Notes: generated from the sequence alone by a model not told the origin. Positions 37,967 through 52,700 are shown, numbered from the stretch's first letter. The stretch: DNA of 64,000 nt from Octopus sinensis (GCF_006345805.1 NC_042999.1:72354001-72418000); one strand, 5' to 3'. Made by a program: numbers and translations.

Positions 37967-40065
37967 TATAGAATAGTAAAATGTTTAAACACTGGATGAC
38001 GTACTTCCCAGTAACTGTATTCCAAGTTCAAATCATATGCAAGTTGACCTGACAGATCAATGAATAGTCAGGATGTACTTGTATTGTTAACAAACAATAC
38101 TAGTTGCTCACAATCAAAGTAAATCACAAGAACGATAGTGTGTCAACTTTCAATATTCCTTTTATGTCTGTGTTTATATCCTTTCAGAGTCAGCTTGGTC
38201 TCTCATTGGCCCAGTTTCCATAGAGAAAGTGTTGGTGTTAAACTATGAGTTTATTCAATCAATTTCAATCACCTCCCAATAAATGTAGAGGTTTATTTCT
38301 GTAAACTAAAAACAAAAAGCATACCGATATAACAATCACCGAAGATGAAATTTCTGCTCTCGGAAAGTAGAGTATAGTGAAATGGTTCCTGATTCTCGAC
38401 TGATGTCAGTTCTGATCTGATCGGTTACACTTATATATGATCATTCCTCTTATTTTCATACCCAATCAAAGAATAAGTGATCTTAGTATCCTTTCAAAAG
38501 AAGCCAATATTTTTCTTTTCTACTCTAGGCACAAGGCCCAAATTTGGCGGGGAGGTAGCCAGTCAATTAGATCGATCCCAGCACGCAACTGGTACTTAAT
38601 TTATCGGCCCCGAAAGAATGAAAGGCAAAGTTAACCTCGGGAAAATTTGAACTCAGAACGTAAAGACAGACGAAGCCAATATTATTGACCTACGTAAGGT
38701 GGTTAGCTGACAGGATCGTTAGCGGCATCTCATGTCTTTAATTGGCTTTTAAAATATTTCCAAAGTCTCCAAACTGCCAACTACATTTATTCTTTTACTT
38801 CTTTCTTTTACTGCGGTCATGCTGGGGCACCGCCTTGAGGAGTCTTAGTCGAGGACAAGGACAATACGCGACTTCGTTGAAACAATCCTTCCCGCAAAGC
38901 AAATTAAATAAAATTTTTGATTTTTTGCGGAGAGTGAAAGTGTTAACAAGAACAGGACAGTGAGAAAAAGACCGTAAAAACAAACAGCGAGGGCTGTTAA
39001 GCCAAGACGATAGAAAAATTATTATGAACGCTAGGAGGACGAGCTTATGAGAGGAAACAGATAGAAGCACGTGTTGTCTTTGGGAAGGAAATGGGCAGAA
39101 AGATAGATTCTCTTTCGTCATTTCGTCACGTGTCAGCGACGGGAGAGTCAAGGAGGAAGAGTGACAGAGAGAGAACGGTGATGAGAAGATGAGAAGAATA
39201 GGGAAGGGTGGGAGGACAGGCTTCTTTCAGTTTCCGTCTGCCAAATCCACTCACAAGGCTTTGGTCACGCCGGGGATATAGTAGAAGACACTTGCCGAAG
39301 GTGCCACACAGTGGGACTGGACCTGGAACTATGCTTCTTACCACACAGCGACTCCTGCGCCTTTTCTATAATTTCTATATTATAAACTTAAGGGTGGGCT
39401 GATAAATTAAGAACTAAAGGGCTCTCTTTTCTTCAAGAGCACAATGAATTGAAGATGAAAACAGAAAGACTCATTATGGTATATAGTTTACAGGTTTGGA
39501 TCGGGGATGCTCTTGTACACATGTACATTTCATACTGCATAGAAACAAGCCTTTTGACTGATTAGCATAAACTCACCAATATGCTCTAATTTCTATAATA
39601 AAGACATACTCTTTCATCTCTTCCTCGACCGTTTCTATAGCTGTTACAATGTTATTACTAACTGCTACAGTTAGCTAGTACCGTATTTGCCAATCTACCG
39701 AATAACTCTAACTTGTTTTCCATCTAATAAAGCAATTTTTCATTTTTCTCAATTTTCATAAGTAAAACTCAACCCGTTCGGGCCACGTGCTGAGCACCTT
39801 AGCACTAAGTAATGATTAAGGCCACAATAAGTTAAATAATTTATGCATGTTTTTCATTTCCTGAATGAATCCATTTTATTTTCATTACTGATTTTAGTAT
39901 ATATCTGGAAATAATTTTACATTGTTCGACACATTCTGACAATAATATATCTGCCAAATTTCATTACCTTTTGTCTGTTAAAGACCTTTAGGGTTTCGTA
40001 ATTTATTTCTTGTTTAAACAAAAGAAACGCTTAGAATATGTGGTAGTGGATTTTCGTCGCTCGAC

Positions 40066-40330
40066 GACGAGGGTTCGGTAGTTTGATCTATTGAATTACA
40101 CTCGAATTGACGTGTAAATGGCTGGGTATTCCATTGACAGTGTACTCCTATGGTAATTCGCAGATAGAATTAGTGTGACTGTGTGACAAGGTTGTATCTT
40201 TAGCATTACAGGTATAGTCCACCTGGTGTATTTCTATGCAGTTTCCGCTAGCTCAATTTCACGTAAAAGATGAAAGGATCCAAGGCTATAGAAAATGGCA
40301 TTTGCCCAAGATGTCACGCAATGAGATAGA
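40066..40330 (-). mobile_element. Old, diverged relative of the tail-1 SINE
   Basis: cgacgacgagggtt..tgtaaatggctgggtattcca..gtgacaagg aligns by eye to 2625-2770. Confidence 0.55.
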
Positions 40331-43083
40331 ACTTGGGACCATATAGCTTTTAAATGAACTCCTTAAATAGTCGGTCTTACTGTGTCTTACTGTACCTACA
40401 CTTTAAATATACAACACAATATAAAAAATCTAATTTGAAATTATTTGAGAGTATTATATTCCCTCCTATTAAACATTCAGAACCTTTTTTTTTTACTCGT
40501 TATTCTTACCTAATCGAAAGAAGTTAGTTATTTGAGATGACAAGTAATCTAAAAATGAAATAATAACTTCTATATTAATCTTAGCCTCCACGAAATAGAT
40601 GATTTAGCTTAATAATGCATATTCATGCAATAAGTGATATTGCCTCCTAGTAATTAAAACAATCTTGTTTTTAATTACGGGTTATATTGGCGTTGCACTT
40701 ACGCAATGATTTTATTGGTTTCCTTCTTGAAACTAATGCATTTAAAAAATGTAATTCATGTAATATACAAACAAAATACTTAATCTTGTGTTATAGTCTT
40801 CAGTTCATAAATATAGGATTACATTATCAATAAATTGAACCTGTAATTCGTTGAAATGTTCTGAAATTTGCTTTTCTAGATAAATAATTGTCTTCATACA
40901 TACTATGCTTTATTCTAGCCTCAGTTTTGTATTGTTTTTTTTTTGTTTGTTTGTTTGTTGTTTTTTTAGCTTAACAACATTTGATTACATGAGCTCTGTA
41001 AGAGAATATGTCTTCGTTTTGATAGTTTACAAATTGGTCTTCTGTGTCATGTCAGAGCTTCGTTCATTCTAGTGTCAACAAAAAGTTGGATAGTGATTGT
41101 AACAATGCTAAACTTTCACAATACAATGGAATACCCGTCCCTGACAACATTCTTTCAAGAGTGTACATGGAGATGTCAGACGGTGACACGGGAGAGAAAC
41201 AGTTTGAATAGAAGTCCTAAACATATTTCTTATTGTATATTTAAGTGAAATACTCTTCACGCAAGTAGATTAGTCATGGAACCAAGTAGGCTCTTTAGGA
41301 GGTAAATATATTTGAAGGTGTTTGGCAACATGACTTACGGATTATAAACTTGATTGATCAGCGGGTATACAAGAGGAGATATTGGGAAAATATTCTATTG
41401 AAGACAAGTGAATTACTTAAAGTGAAACACACGCACAAGCTCATACACACACGTACATGCATACATATGTATACATGCATATATATATACACACATACTG
41501 TATATTTATATACATACATTTGTTTATACTAACATAAATAAATAAATATATATGTACATACATACATATGTATATGTATCATAAATATATATATACAAAA
41601 CATATACATACATACTTTCACACAAATGCATTTTATATAGGGAGAAGGAGATAGAAAGTAAGAGAGAGAGACACACACACAGTTATTTGTGTATGTTTTC
41701 AACAGACAAAATAATTGCTATTATAATAATGCCGCTTCGAAAAAACCAGAATGTGAAATAACATTTACTGTTACATTTGTATTAAATTACAAGCAATAAT
41801 TCTCCACAGAAAAACGGAAATGAAAAGATCATGAACTTCAGTGTACTTCTAAAAGCGGATTACCACGAGAGGTAAGTTCTTACTTTAATTTCAGTGTAAT
41901 TCGCATTTAGCAAATCGAAAAACGTTCTTCTTTCTCTAAACAGTATTTCTAAAAAGCTTCGGTGTTTTAGTCACAGACTTTTCTTATCATTCTTTTCATT
42001 CATAGTTTTCTTTTATCCAACAAATCACGCGTCCTATGTACTTCAGCATACATAGAAACATATATGTAAACATAATCAATCATATACATTTTGGCGATAA
42101 CAATGACACTCCAAAGTGATCGGTCTGAATCGTGTAATTAGCAGGTGGGTTGTGTATGTGCTTAAGCTGCAATATGACATTGGTACAAAGTCAACGGGGT
42201 CAACAAAACCAACACTATAAAGCGCTAATTTCAATTCTTACATAGAAATATGAACCGGCCAAGCACGGCTGTGTGTTAAGAAGTTTATTATCTAACCACA
42301 CGGTTCCAAGTTCAATCTCACCAATTGGCACCTCGGACAAGTGTCTTCTTCTATAGCTCTGGTCCAACCAAATCCTGATGTGTGAATTTGGTAGACGGAA
42401 ACTTAAAGAAGCCCTTCGTAGATATATGTGTATGCGTGCGTGTGTGCGTGCGTGCGTGCGTGCGTGTGTATGTGTGTGTACCTTTGCGTTTTCCCATCAC
42501 CACCTCTTGACAACCGGAACTAATAGCAGAATATTTTCATTCTGAAGCATTAATTTATTTTGCACTTTTCTTTGCTTCTTTTTCGTCTTCTCGTCGCTTC
42601 TTAAAACTTTTGTCGATACACTACATCAGCACCAGTTTAGTTCAGCTGTGTGCGCGTATATGTAATTGCTTGTGTGCGTGTGTATATCTGTTAATCTATG
42701 TGCGTATGTCTTTTTTCGTTTTCTTATTTATTATTATTCTTTCCAGACGACATGTCGGAGGAATCAGAAAATGAGAGGGGAAGAGTATTGGGGGCGATTT
42801 ATATGTGTTAATGTAGATGCTGTTGCTGTTGTTAGTGCTGGTAGACGGCTGTTTGGATGTGGTGTATAGATTGTTGGGGAAGAGGGGGTTAGTCTTTTTC
42901 TTCATTTCTGGTTTTGGTGCTTTGGTAGTTGTTGTCTTCTTCTCCCCCCAATCAGGACTCACGCCATTAGCCACAAAGAATAATTTCTAATTCGTGCCTA
43001 CTCTAAGCTACTAAGAATGTGTATGGCAACTTGAAGATCCACCCACCACACGCGATAGACTGGCGATTGCACGGGCGCGAAAG

Positions 43084-43415
43084 CTACGTTGTTATCCTTA
43101 TTCTGTAAACAGTGGCTTTTAACGGGTAGAGAGCTGAACCATCCTGGGGTACAGAGGATTCGCAATCTAGACTGGGGTCTGAAAGTTTACCACACCATAG
43201 TGGATTACACCATGGTTCCTCTGCTTTGTGGCAGAAGTAGTAAGAAAGAGTGAGAGAAAGTTGTGGTGAAAGACTACAGCGGGGTTCACCCTCCCCTCCA
43301 CCCGCCGGAACCTCGTGGAGCTTAGGTTTTTTTGCCCAATAAACACTCACAATGCCCAGTCTGGGAATCGAAACCGCGTTCTTACGACCGTGAGTCCGCT
43401 ACCCTAACCACTGTA
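43084..43415 (-). mobile_element. tRNA-derived SINE (core B, tail 4) inserted in the low-complexity tail of an ORF1 remnant
   Basis: Head cagtggttagggtagcggactc, core aagctccacgagg..actttctctcactctttct. The tail differs from those of the 49461 and 57092 copies. Confidence 0.8.
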
Positions 43416-44290
43416 GCAGTTCTTGTTGGTGATGGTGGTGATGGTGTTGTTTCCGCTGTTGGTGATGTCGAATCTACTGATGGGGATTTTGATTGGTTGG
43501 GTTGGTTGAGTGGGCGGATGGGTTGGTTGGTTCGATCGTTCGTTCGTTAGTGGAGCTGTTTCATCTGTTGTTGCTATTGTAGTTGTGCTGATAGCGGCGT
43601 GGGTAACAGTTTTGGTTTCCTGTTGGTTTTTTTCTTTTTGTTGTTGTTGCTGTTGCATTGTTGAGTAATCGACCTTGAGGTGGTTTTTGCTACCATAAAG
43701 GTGACAACGCGGCATTCTGCCTTCTATGTCCACATGTAGGTTTGTGCCGTCTGGCAGTTTTACAAAGTCTGGGATCGATTCAATTGTCTCTTGATTCACT
43801 TGGACCAAGAACTCGACCCTGTGTCCAACCCAGTTTTGCTGCTCCGGGATGGCAATTTCTAGCATATTAAGTGCCTCCTCAAAATAATAGCAGACAGCTG
43901 ACACTTGGCATCGTATTTCTATCTCAGGGGCACATCTTTAATTTTTGTTTTCGTCACACGACGACCAAGGTATGTAGGAATCATGATTTCCTCGCATTCA
44001 GGTGACTTAATGGAATGTTTTTTGCTTGTTCTTCTGTGTTGAACGTTACTTCGAAAGTGGCAAATCTTTTGCCCTTTGTAGTATATTTTTTGAAAGCCTA
44101 TGTAGGCCGTAAGTACTTTTCCACCGTTTGTTGAGTTGCATGTTCCCGCCTTTTTGTTTTGAGTTTAGTGTTTTGCAAATTATTGTTTTCTTTGAAATGT
44201 CATGTACAATGTCTTTTGGTGTGTGTAATTTCTTCTTTGGTTAAAATTGACTTGCATTCTACCAATTCTTGGGTTGAAAAGAACTAGTCG
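43416..44290 (-). mobile_element. L1/Tx1-like ORF1 remnant with a degenerate zinc knuckle and Q/T-rich tail
   Basis: ATFEVTFNTEEQAK (RRM-like), IPDFVKLPDGTNLHVDIEGRMPRCHLYGSKNHLKVDY (decayed CX2CX4HX4C). Confidence 0.65.
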
Positions 44291-44521
44291 TCTCCTTTAC
44301 TTCAGAATAGATGCATAATAGTTCTGCTTCTTGTTATTGTCACACTGAGTCATTGCCTTGAATGGTTTTGTTAACCAAATCAACCACAGTGCTTATTTTT
44401 AAAAGTCTGCCACCAATTCTGTATATTTTGGCGAACCATAAAGTTACAGGGACATAAACAAGCTGGCAGCAATTGTAAAACGAAGAAATAAGAAACCCAA
44501 ATCTCCATACATACATACACA

Positions 44522-44585
<64 letters not shown>

Positions 44586-45127
44586 AACACACACACGATG
44601 GGCTTGCAGACAGTTTGAATCTACCAAATTTACTCACAAGTCTTTGATCGGCCCGAAGCTAGAGTAGAAGACACTTGTATAAGCTATCACGCATTGAGAC
44701 TGAACCCAAAACCACGTAGTTGCGAAGTGAGCTTCTTAACCACACAGCCATGCCTGCATCTATATATGGACTAAATTATAATTTTTTCAGTTATTGTTTT
44801 CCACATTTTGACGAGGCAAAAGGTTTGGGAAACAGTGAGTTAGAGGAACGAAATATCAGTTTATTAAGAGATCAAATCAATGAAGAGGAACTAAACATTT
44901 AGTTCAATTCAACTTGAAATATTTTTATCTTCAGCATTTATTGGCTTCTCCAGTTACACCTAGCATTGAAGCGTTTTATCAATATATAATATTCAATTTA
45001 CATTGCTCTTTGATCCAGATGCAATTAATAATTTTCACTTTTTATGAAAAGTTTATGCAGCATATAATAATTTCTATAAAAGCCTTCTATAGTGGATATC
45101 AAATTAAAATGTTGCACACCTATATGC

Positions 45128-45141
45128 ATATGTGTGTGTGC

Positions 45142-45225
<84 letters not shown>

Positions 45226-45272
45226 ATGAGTGTGTGTGTATACATGTATACATGCGTGTGTGTGTGTGTGTA
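45128..45272. repeat. (TG)n microsatellite
   Basis: Read directly from the sequence. Confidence 0.97.
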
Positions 45273-46072
45273 ATTTATTCTATAGAAATTAATGAAACAA
45301 ACAATGCTTCGGTTTTGAACAACTTCGAAGAAAAAAGATAAATTGTGACAATACAATTATATCTGTTCGATTTCATCACAATAAACAGATGCCATTTTTA
45401 TTCTTATGTTTACAATTGCTTTGCTTTCCTTTGTTTTCACTCTTTAAACTGAGGAAAAGACAAATTGAAATACAAAACAAAAAATATATATCATATGAAA
45501 ATATATATTAAGTGCATTTAACAGCTTTCTTTTTCTATTTTTGTAAGTATTCTTATTTTGCCATTTCTAAATTTCCTAAATATATGTATCCAATTACACT
45601 ACACTACTGTGATTAAAGATCTCTAAATTTCTAACTCAACTTTTATTTTAGACACAGATGAAACATTTTAAATAAGCAAGAGAACGTAGATGAAGAAATT
45701 ACTTTTTTAAAATCATTGACATTGAAAGTTTTCCATTGAAAATTTTCAAACCTGTCAAATTGTCGTTATAGTATCACGTTCTAGAAGCATCTTAAATATT
45801 GTTAAATCAGATCAAATAATCCAAGTAGACGTCATCTAATTTTCAAAAAAGAAAGTTATTGATTTTATTTATATGTTTATTAATTTATTTATTTTTTACT
45901 AGTATTAGCACTCGTCTCTGATAATGATACTAGTTCTCCATCTGTCAGCTAAATTATTTGGTTGCACTTTTCTTTTCGAAGCAGAATAATTTTAAAGAAA
46001 CTTTGAATTTCAATTTCAAAGGATATGTCATATGTGTTTTATTTCGCATAAGAAAAGCAATAAAACTGAAAG

Positions 46073-46345
46073 AGTTTAATTTCACTATGGCAATATCACC
46101 AATGCAGATATTTTCCTTCAGTTTTTGCTGGAATATTAATCATTAAGAAAATGTCTCCATCAACAGTTTAATTTCACTGTAGCAATGCTATCTTTCTTCC
46201 AGATATTTATCTTCAAATCTCGTTGGAATATTGGTTCTTGAAATGATTCATACATAGTTTTATTTCATTGTTGCAATGTCTTTCTTACAGATATTTTCTC
46301 GCAAAAGTTTTGCTAGGACATTCAACATGGGGACCATATCTTCAT
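46073..46345. repeat. Three diverged ~92-bp tandem units
   Basis: agtttaatttcac..gcaat..cagatattt recurs at 46073, 46165 and 46256. Confidence 0.7.
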
Positions 46346-47717
46346 CAGTAGTGTTTTTTAGCAGATAGAGAACCAGACATTAGAAGGAATGCAATATAGT
46401 CGCCATGCTCAACCCAAGCTCTACTTGACTACTAGATCAATAGAAATAGATCTATTTCTATTAGTCTATGAATGATTTCAACTCAGAAGAAAAAGAGCTA
46501 ACTAAGCGCTGAAAGACGTTTTATCGACGCCCTACCAATTCAGCCCTAATCAATCAACCGCTCTAAATAAAAGTTTCTTATATAGACACGAAGCTACAAT
46601 ACTTAATCGCTACTCAATTTATCGATCATCAGAATGATTAAAAGCAAAGACGACTCCGATAATATTTGAATTCAAAATGTAACGGGCTCCAACTAAACGC
46701 AAGAATGCATAGTGTACGTTGCTCTGTCACATCTACCAAGTAATTGATAATGTTCTATAATGTTGTGTGAATCGCCCCCTTGCAGTAGATCAACTGCGGT
46801 CACGATCCAATATTAATTCCAGTTAAAGAAAATTTGCTTCATTAAATTTAAATGAAACAAATGATGTATGCAAATGAAAATAATTTTCCTTTTTCCTGCC
46901 ATGAGATATGTCGGTCTTTGAGAATATTTGATAAAAATTATTTTAGATCTGTCGTTATGAATATACTTTCTTACATAGAAAGTTTCAATAGTGATTATAT
47001 TGACTCCTGTGTATATCTTGTATGATACTGCGAGATTTATGTTGTTTCTTTAGAAAACTAAATCTGTTCATTTATTTTAATGAGTCGCTAAGTCACCAGC
47101 GAAGGATTTGTAACAAAGCAAGTTCGGAACCCATCTCTATTTAGAAAAAGATAACCATCCTTTACAGTAATTATACAGTTCACTTAGGTAGGGAGCAGAA
47201 AACGAGAGGACCCTCTACTGGGTAACTCGAACTGTTAGAAAAAGTAATCTATTTCAATTGGTACTTTGCCGTCTTAAAAGCGGAAAAACAATTGAATAAT
47301 GTTCTCTTACATAGACCGTTTCTCAAATTAAGACGTGGAGGACATAACAAGAATGCCTTTGATCAAAGTTCTATTCAATTCTTGCTGATCTGGAACTAAA
47401 CAGCTTCAACGTAAACAAGAGACTGAATTTATTAACCCTAAACTCCAAAACTGAACTTATACAAAATGTGAAAACTAGTTAAACTATTTGATATGTAGGT
47501 CAAGGTCAGTTCTGCACCTTAACAGTATCAGTCGTGACCTTATCCTTCTGTATATACGATAGGGTGTATAGTTTAAGGAAGATTTGGTGGTTATTTCTCG
47601 CAGATCCAGCTATCATGTAGGGGACTTCTTGTCGACTCGGCAATGAAGACAGCAGTACTGGACACTGTAAATCAAATGATAAACCGAGTCTGCAAGCCGA
47701 TTTCGATACAAGTAGCT

Positions 47718-47806
<89 letters not shown>

Positions 47807-48099
47807 TATGGAAACAATTGACTGAAAAAGACGAAGGAACCAAAGATCGAAGTCTTCTCATTAACCATGGAAACTAGACTCATCATAGTTTCGGGTCGTT
47901 TAAAATCCAAAGACTTTAAATTCCATGGTAATACTTCTCTGATTACACCAGTGATATAGTAAATGTCCCTGAAGTAATGGAAACACAAAAGACCAGTGTT
48001 TTTTTATTGTTGTTGTCGTTGTCGCCGTCGTTATTGCAGTTTTTAGCAATTGGCTTCGATCTGAAGAAAGTTTGTGTTCATGAACTTTTAAAACGGTTG

Positions 48100-49310
48100 A
48101 GATCGATTTCAGTTAATGTTCCGCCAAGTTGTCGGAAAATCATGGGCTAGGGAAGAATTTCAGACGAGTAACGTCCTGGTGTGAAAGGTCTAACACAGAG
48201 ATCAATGTAAGCCTAGTAGTGGAAGAAACACATTATGTGTGAGGAGAAAAGAAGAGACGAGCGATAGCACGTTGTACAAAAGTTGAATGCGTTGTTGAGA
48301 GACTTCATGCCAATAAGTCAAATGCAGCAGCACTCTTTACAGGAAATTTCTTAGCGGTGGAATTCCACTCGTGAGTGACATATAAACGCAGGTCCTTAGA
48401 AGATTTGAATTACTGGAGAACCTGCTGATAGTTAATGAAAAAGAGGCTTTTAAGCTGATGATGAAATGGTTTGTTTAGATCCATCAACTCTGAAGCATTA
48501 AAAGTGTGAGCCAAAGAGGAATGGGTCACAGGCGTGTCCTTTATGAGAATGGCACATACTGTTGCATATTTCCAAAGGTAATGATAGACCCTTTAAGAGA
48601 CAGTAGACAGATTGAAGAATTTAGCAAGAATAGAAAATATTTCCTGAGTACGTTCTTTGGAAAGAATATTAAGAGCAGTGGTCTTGTTGATTTGAAGTGA
48701 CCAGAACTACCGTTACTTAGCTTGCATGCGTACCTGGTAATAAACGGTAGAGAGGGTGAGAACTTCAGATTATTTACCTAGTGTATACAGTGCCGAGTTG
48801 GAGATTTCTTTCCACGAGTCTACTGATTAGAGGACTATCATACTTGAGGAGTGTAGGGAAGAGAGTTTCTACAAAGTGGCTAAAGATTCAGTTATCAAAG
48901 GACCAAAGGAATTATCTGAAGCTCGGTAGGTGGGAGATCTTACAGACTGTGCAATGCTGCAAGACATATTCAGCGTTCCAGACGATGCTTTGGCAGGGGT
49001 TGCAGGGTGGGGAGGTAGAAGTGGGTAATTTTAGGCCATTTACTTGGAATGCAACTATAATTCAATCACTTGGGGCTGGGAGCTTTGGTTGTGTGTGGAA
49101 TGTGGAGAGACATTCCTAAAAGGATAGTTTCAGTCACCTGCTTAGCTGTCTCGTATTGATTAAAGGTGTGGCATATACACTATCAGGGAAATTTCGCATA
49201 GAACTAGCAGTACTTCGACCAGTCATCAGATTTCGGGTTAGAGGTGTAGGCTTTTACACTCTTCCTTGAAAATCCCTTCATACCTTCTGAAGTATGCAGA
49301 AAACGTAATC
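48100..49310 (-). mobile_element. Heavily decayed CR1/L2-like RT C-terminal remnant
   Basis: Weak motifs CQSIVWNAEYVLQH, LYRLLPG and HEWNSTAKK..AAFDLL resemble the CR1 post-RT region; many stops. Confidence 0.4.
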
Positions 49311-49460
49311 CCTTCTTCAATTGAATTAGCAACCGCGTCTGCCGAAAACGAGCTTGAAGTGTTTTCGACTGCAACAGTAATTGCAACTGTTGATTTTGTT
49401 GTTGTACATGTTCCTGCTGTTTCTGTTGTTCTTGTTGTTGCTGCTTTGTTTGTTTGTTTG

Positions 49461-49820
49461 TTGAGCGAAGCGGTCTTCGTCCCAGAGTGGGAGAAGTCCG
49501 AAACGTGGTTCTTTGCTATTCGTAAGACCCACAGAAGAGAAAGCAGGTCAACCCCCGACACCGAGAGCATCGACAGATGGATGAATGTGCATACAGGCTC
49601 AGCGGTGGCGTAGGAAGTCTGGGATAAGAAGCAGAAGAAAGAGTGAGAGAAAGTTGGAGCGAAAGAGTACAATAGGGGTCGCCACCACCCCCTGCCGGAG
49701 CCTCGTGGAGCGTTAGATGTTTTCATTCAATAAACACACACAACGACCGATCTGGGAATCGAAACCGCGATCCTTCGAGCGCGATTCCGCTACCCTAAAC
49801 ACTGGGCCGTTGCGCCTCCT
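49461..49820 (-). mobile_element. tRNA-derived SINE (core B, tail 5) in a CAA/CAG tract
   Basis: Head aggaggcgcaacggcccagtgtttagg and core B shared with 43084 and 57092; unrelated tail. Confidence 0.8.
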
Positions 49821-49984
49821 GTTGCTGTAGTTGCCGTTGTTGCTGCTGCTGCTGCTCTTATTGATGTTGTTGTAGTTTCCGTTGCAACTGGACCACGGAA
49901 GCTAATAGGTCTTCCATGCCAATAACGTCCGCCGTGAGCTTCGAATGTCTTATCACCACTGTTATGTCTTTCTTTGAACTCACT

Positions 49985-51390
49985 GTAGGTATATTATGCT
50001 AAATTATGATTTTGAGATGGAATTTCTACCATCAAAATAAATTAGGACACGTGGATGGGCTGTCAAGATTGATTTCTAAATGTAAATGAACCGTTACAGG
50101 ACACGGTAATAGCGGCATTAAAAGCCGAAATCGAAATACAAAAACATACTCTGCAACGTAGTACGCGAATTAGCTGTCACTTTAGAAGAAATAAAAATTA
50201 AAGTAGAGAAGAATGCGTTCATAATAAAAATGAAAAAGCAATGAAGTTTGAAACAAATGCAAAAACTCAATTAATCGAGCGTAACACAGTTTCGAAATGG
50301 TATTCGATATGTGACAACGTACTTATGTACGCTCAAGGGTTGTGATACCTGTTTCTTTGCAAAACCGTATTTTAAAAGAATTTCACATGGGACACCCAGG
50401 AACCGCGAGAATGAAAGCATTGATGAGAAGCTATATTTACTGGCCAAATATGGATCAGGATTTTGAAAAGTTGGTGAAAGACTTCAGGCGTTGCGCCCTG
50501 GCAGCAAAGGCACCACCTATAAAATTCAACCTTGGCCTAACACTGACGTACCTTGGTCAAGATTACACATAGACTTCGCTGGACCGTTAAATGGAGGATA
50601 TTATCTAATAGTCGTGGATATTTACACAAAATGGTCAGAAATATGAAAATGTAAGAAGCCAACCGCCAAAATAACGATGGAATTTCTGGACGAACTTTTT
50701 GCACGATATGGTGTCCCACACAGTATCTGATAACGGAGCACAGTTCATGTCAAAGGATTTTAAAACTTTTGCAAAATGCATGCAATGGAACATATTACTG
50801 CTAAGAGATCGAATCGACTAGTGGAACGTTTCGTAGACACGTTTAAGAGGCTACTGAAAAAAATTCTAGAAATGAACTACTGCTTTGACGCAATTCTTCA
50901 GTGTCTACCGAATAAGGCCTAACCACAACACCACATCAAGTATGTCGCCGGCTGAACTAATGTTCATCAGAAAAGTGAGGTCAGTGTTTAACAAATTACT
51001 ACCGGAAAGAAAAGAAAAAATGGAAACACTGAAAATAAGATGAAATACTTCAAAATCGGTGACAATGTTTCTTTAAAAATATACAGAAACGAAGAGGAAA
51101 GTTGGGAAGAAAGTATAAGTAAACTTTTATGAAAAATAACGTACATGATAAAAGGTCATACGTGGGAACACAAGAGACACCTAAACCAACTGAAAAAAAG
51201 GTTTACGGAAGAAAGAATAAGACATGAAGAGCCAATGGAACTTCTTTATGACATTTTTGACGTTCCGATACCGCAAGGAATAATCGAACCAACGAGTACA
51301 ACGATTAGGAAAAGAAAGCAACCAGAACTTTTGTAAATAAACCCAAAACGGAAAAATTATTCCAATTTCTTCCTAGGGAATTGAAAAAAT
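49985..51390 (+). mobile_element. Ty3/Gypsy LTR-retrotransposon remnant (end of RNase H plus integrase), followed by a possible polypurine tract
   Basis: LLNYDFEMEF..GHVDGLSRLI, LKEFHMGHPGTARMKALMRSYIYWPNMD..C, PWSRLHIDFAGP..VVDIYTKW, FARYGVP, SDNGAQF, VERFVDTFK, SPAELMF. Purine run aaaaatgggggtgggg near 51385. Confidence 0.9.
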
Positions 51391-51742
51391 GGGGGTGGGG
51401 TGAAGTGATGATAATAAAGATAATAACTAAAAGAAAAATATTGACTTCCAACGAAAGTCAAACTCTAAAAGTGAAATGTTTGCAGGCGCTTCGTGAAGAC
51501 AGCCGTAGAAGTCGTTAAGAGATATTGTTTGTTACTTGTTTCTGATTTATATTTATATTGTTATAACCTTATAAGTCTACGTTATAAAGTGGCTTATACA
51601 GTGAATTCAAAGGACATGACAGTTTCGACGAGACACAACAAGGTAATACAAGTTATTACTTATAACTGCATTTTTCGCAAGACATACCGTTAATTGGTTT
51701 ATTTGCATATTTCTTGATGCTTCCAGGCAACAATTCTAAAAT

Positions 51743-52700
51743 TTAATCAGAATAAAGCAGTAGATTTGGCGGTTTTCTTACTTGCTTTCCCTTTTCCTGT
51801 TCCACTGCTGGTAACTTTTCTCTTTCCACTCTGAATGATTCCTCCATTTCACCTTCGTACAATTGTTCTTCTGAATCCTCCTCTTCTACTGGTACAATCC
51901 ATGTCTCTTCCTTCTGCAACTCCTCTTCGAGCTCCTTTTCAAGTTCTTTTTCGACCTCCTTGTCAACCACCATTTTATTTTCCTTCCGTTTGACTTTCAT
52001 AACTTCTTTCTCTACCGTTTCCTTCTTCTTTTTCTGCCTATCACTTCTCTTTCACTTTTTACTACCGTAAATCCTTCATCCGTTCTTTCTTCCTTTACCT
52101 CGACTTGTACCACTTGGTCTGCACTCTCTTGTTCTCTATCTATTCCATCTGTTGTTCTCTCTGGTGGTACCTTGCCTTCATGTGGCCTTTTTCCCCACAT
52201 CCATAGCATATGGGCGGTCTACACTCCACCACCACTCGTAGTTACGTCCTCAGGAAAAACTATTTCTTCCGAGATTCTATTGAGTTCATCTATACTCGCT
52301 TGAATGGCCATTTCTATGCCATATACCCAATAGTTTACCAGTTTGATTCTTGTGGCCTTGAGAACATTGGCCTCCTCCTCCATATTGTACATGATGGCTG
52401 TCATCAGCCATGTTTCTTTAATCTGTAGCGGCACTTTGCACGCTCTTACTGTGGCAACACGTTTGCTACAGTAGGACTGCAAAAGCACCCATTCTTCTGT
52501 CCTTATGGCTTCCGCTGAGTGCTTAATACATACACTACAATGATTTCTCCGTTATCTTTCCACCACCGTGAATCCCTCCTGGATAGTGAGCTCGATCCCG
52601 TATCCCAGTAGTTGATTCTTTGTGTCCTTGTGGCATTCAGTGTCTTGGCCTCATCTCTCATGTTGAACATTATGATTGTCATCAGCCATGTTTCTTTTAG
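51743..52700 (-). mobile_element. L1/Tx1-like ORF1 remnant with a zinc knuckle and E-rich tail; N-terminal segment present in two diverged copies; no ORF2
   Basis: VECRPPICYGCGEKGHMKARY. The repeat KETWLMT..NM..EA..L.ATR...NYW occurs at ~52700 and ~52420. Stop at 51743. Confidence 0.7.

Noticed and set aside
47594-47720. Strong acceptor ttatttctcgcag followed by an open frame
   Set aside because: No convincing donor and no recognisable peptide; it runs into a (GA)n tract.
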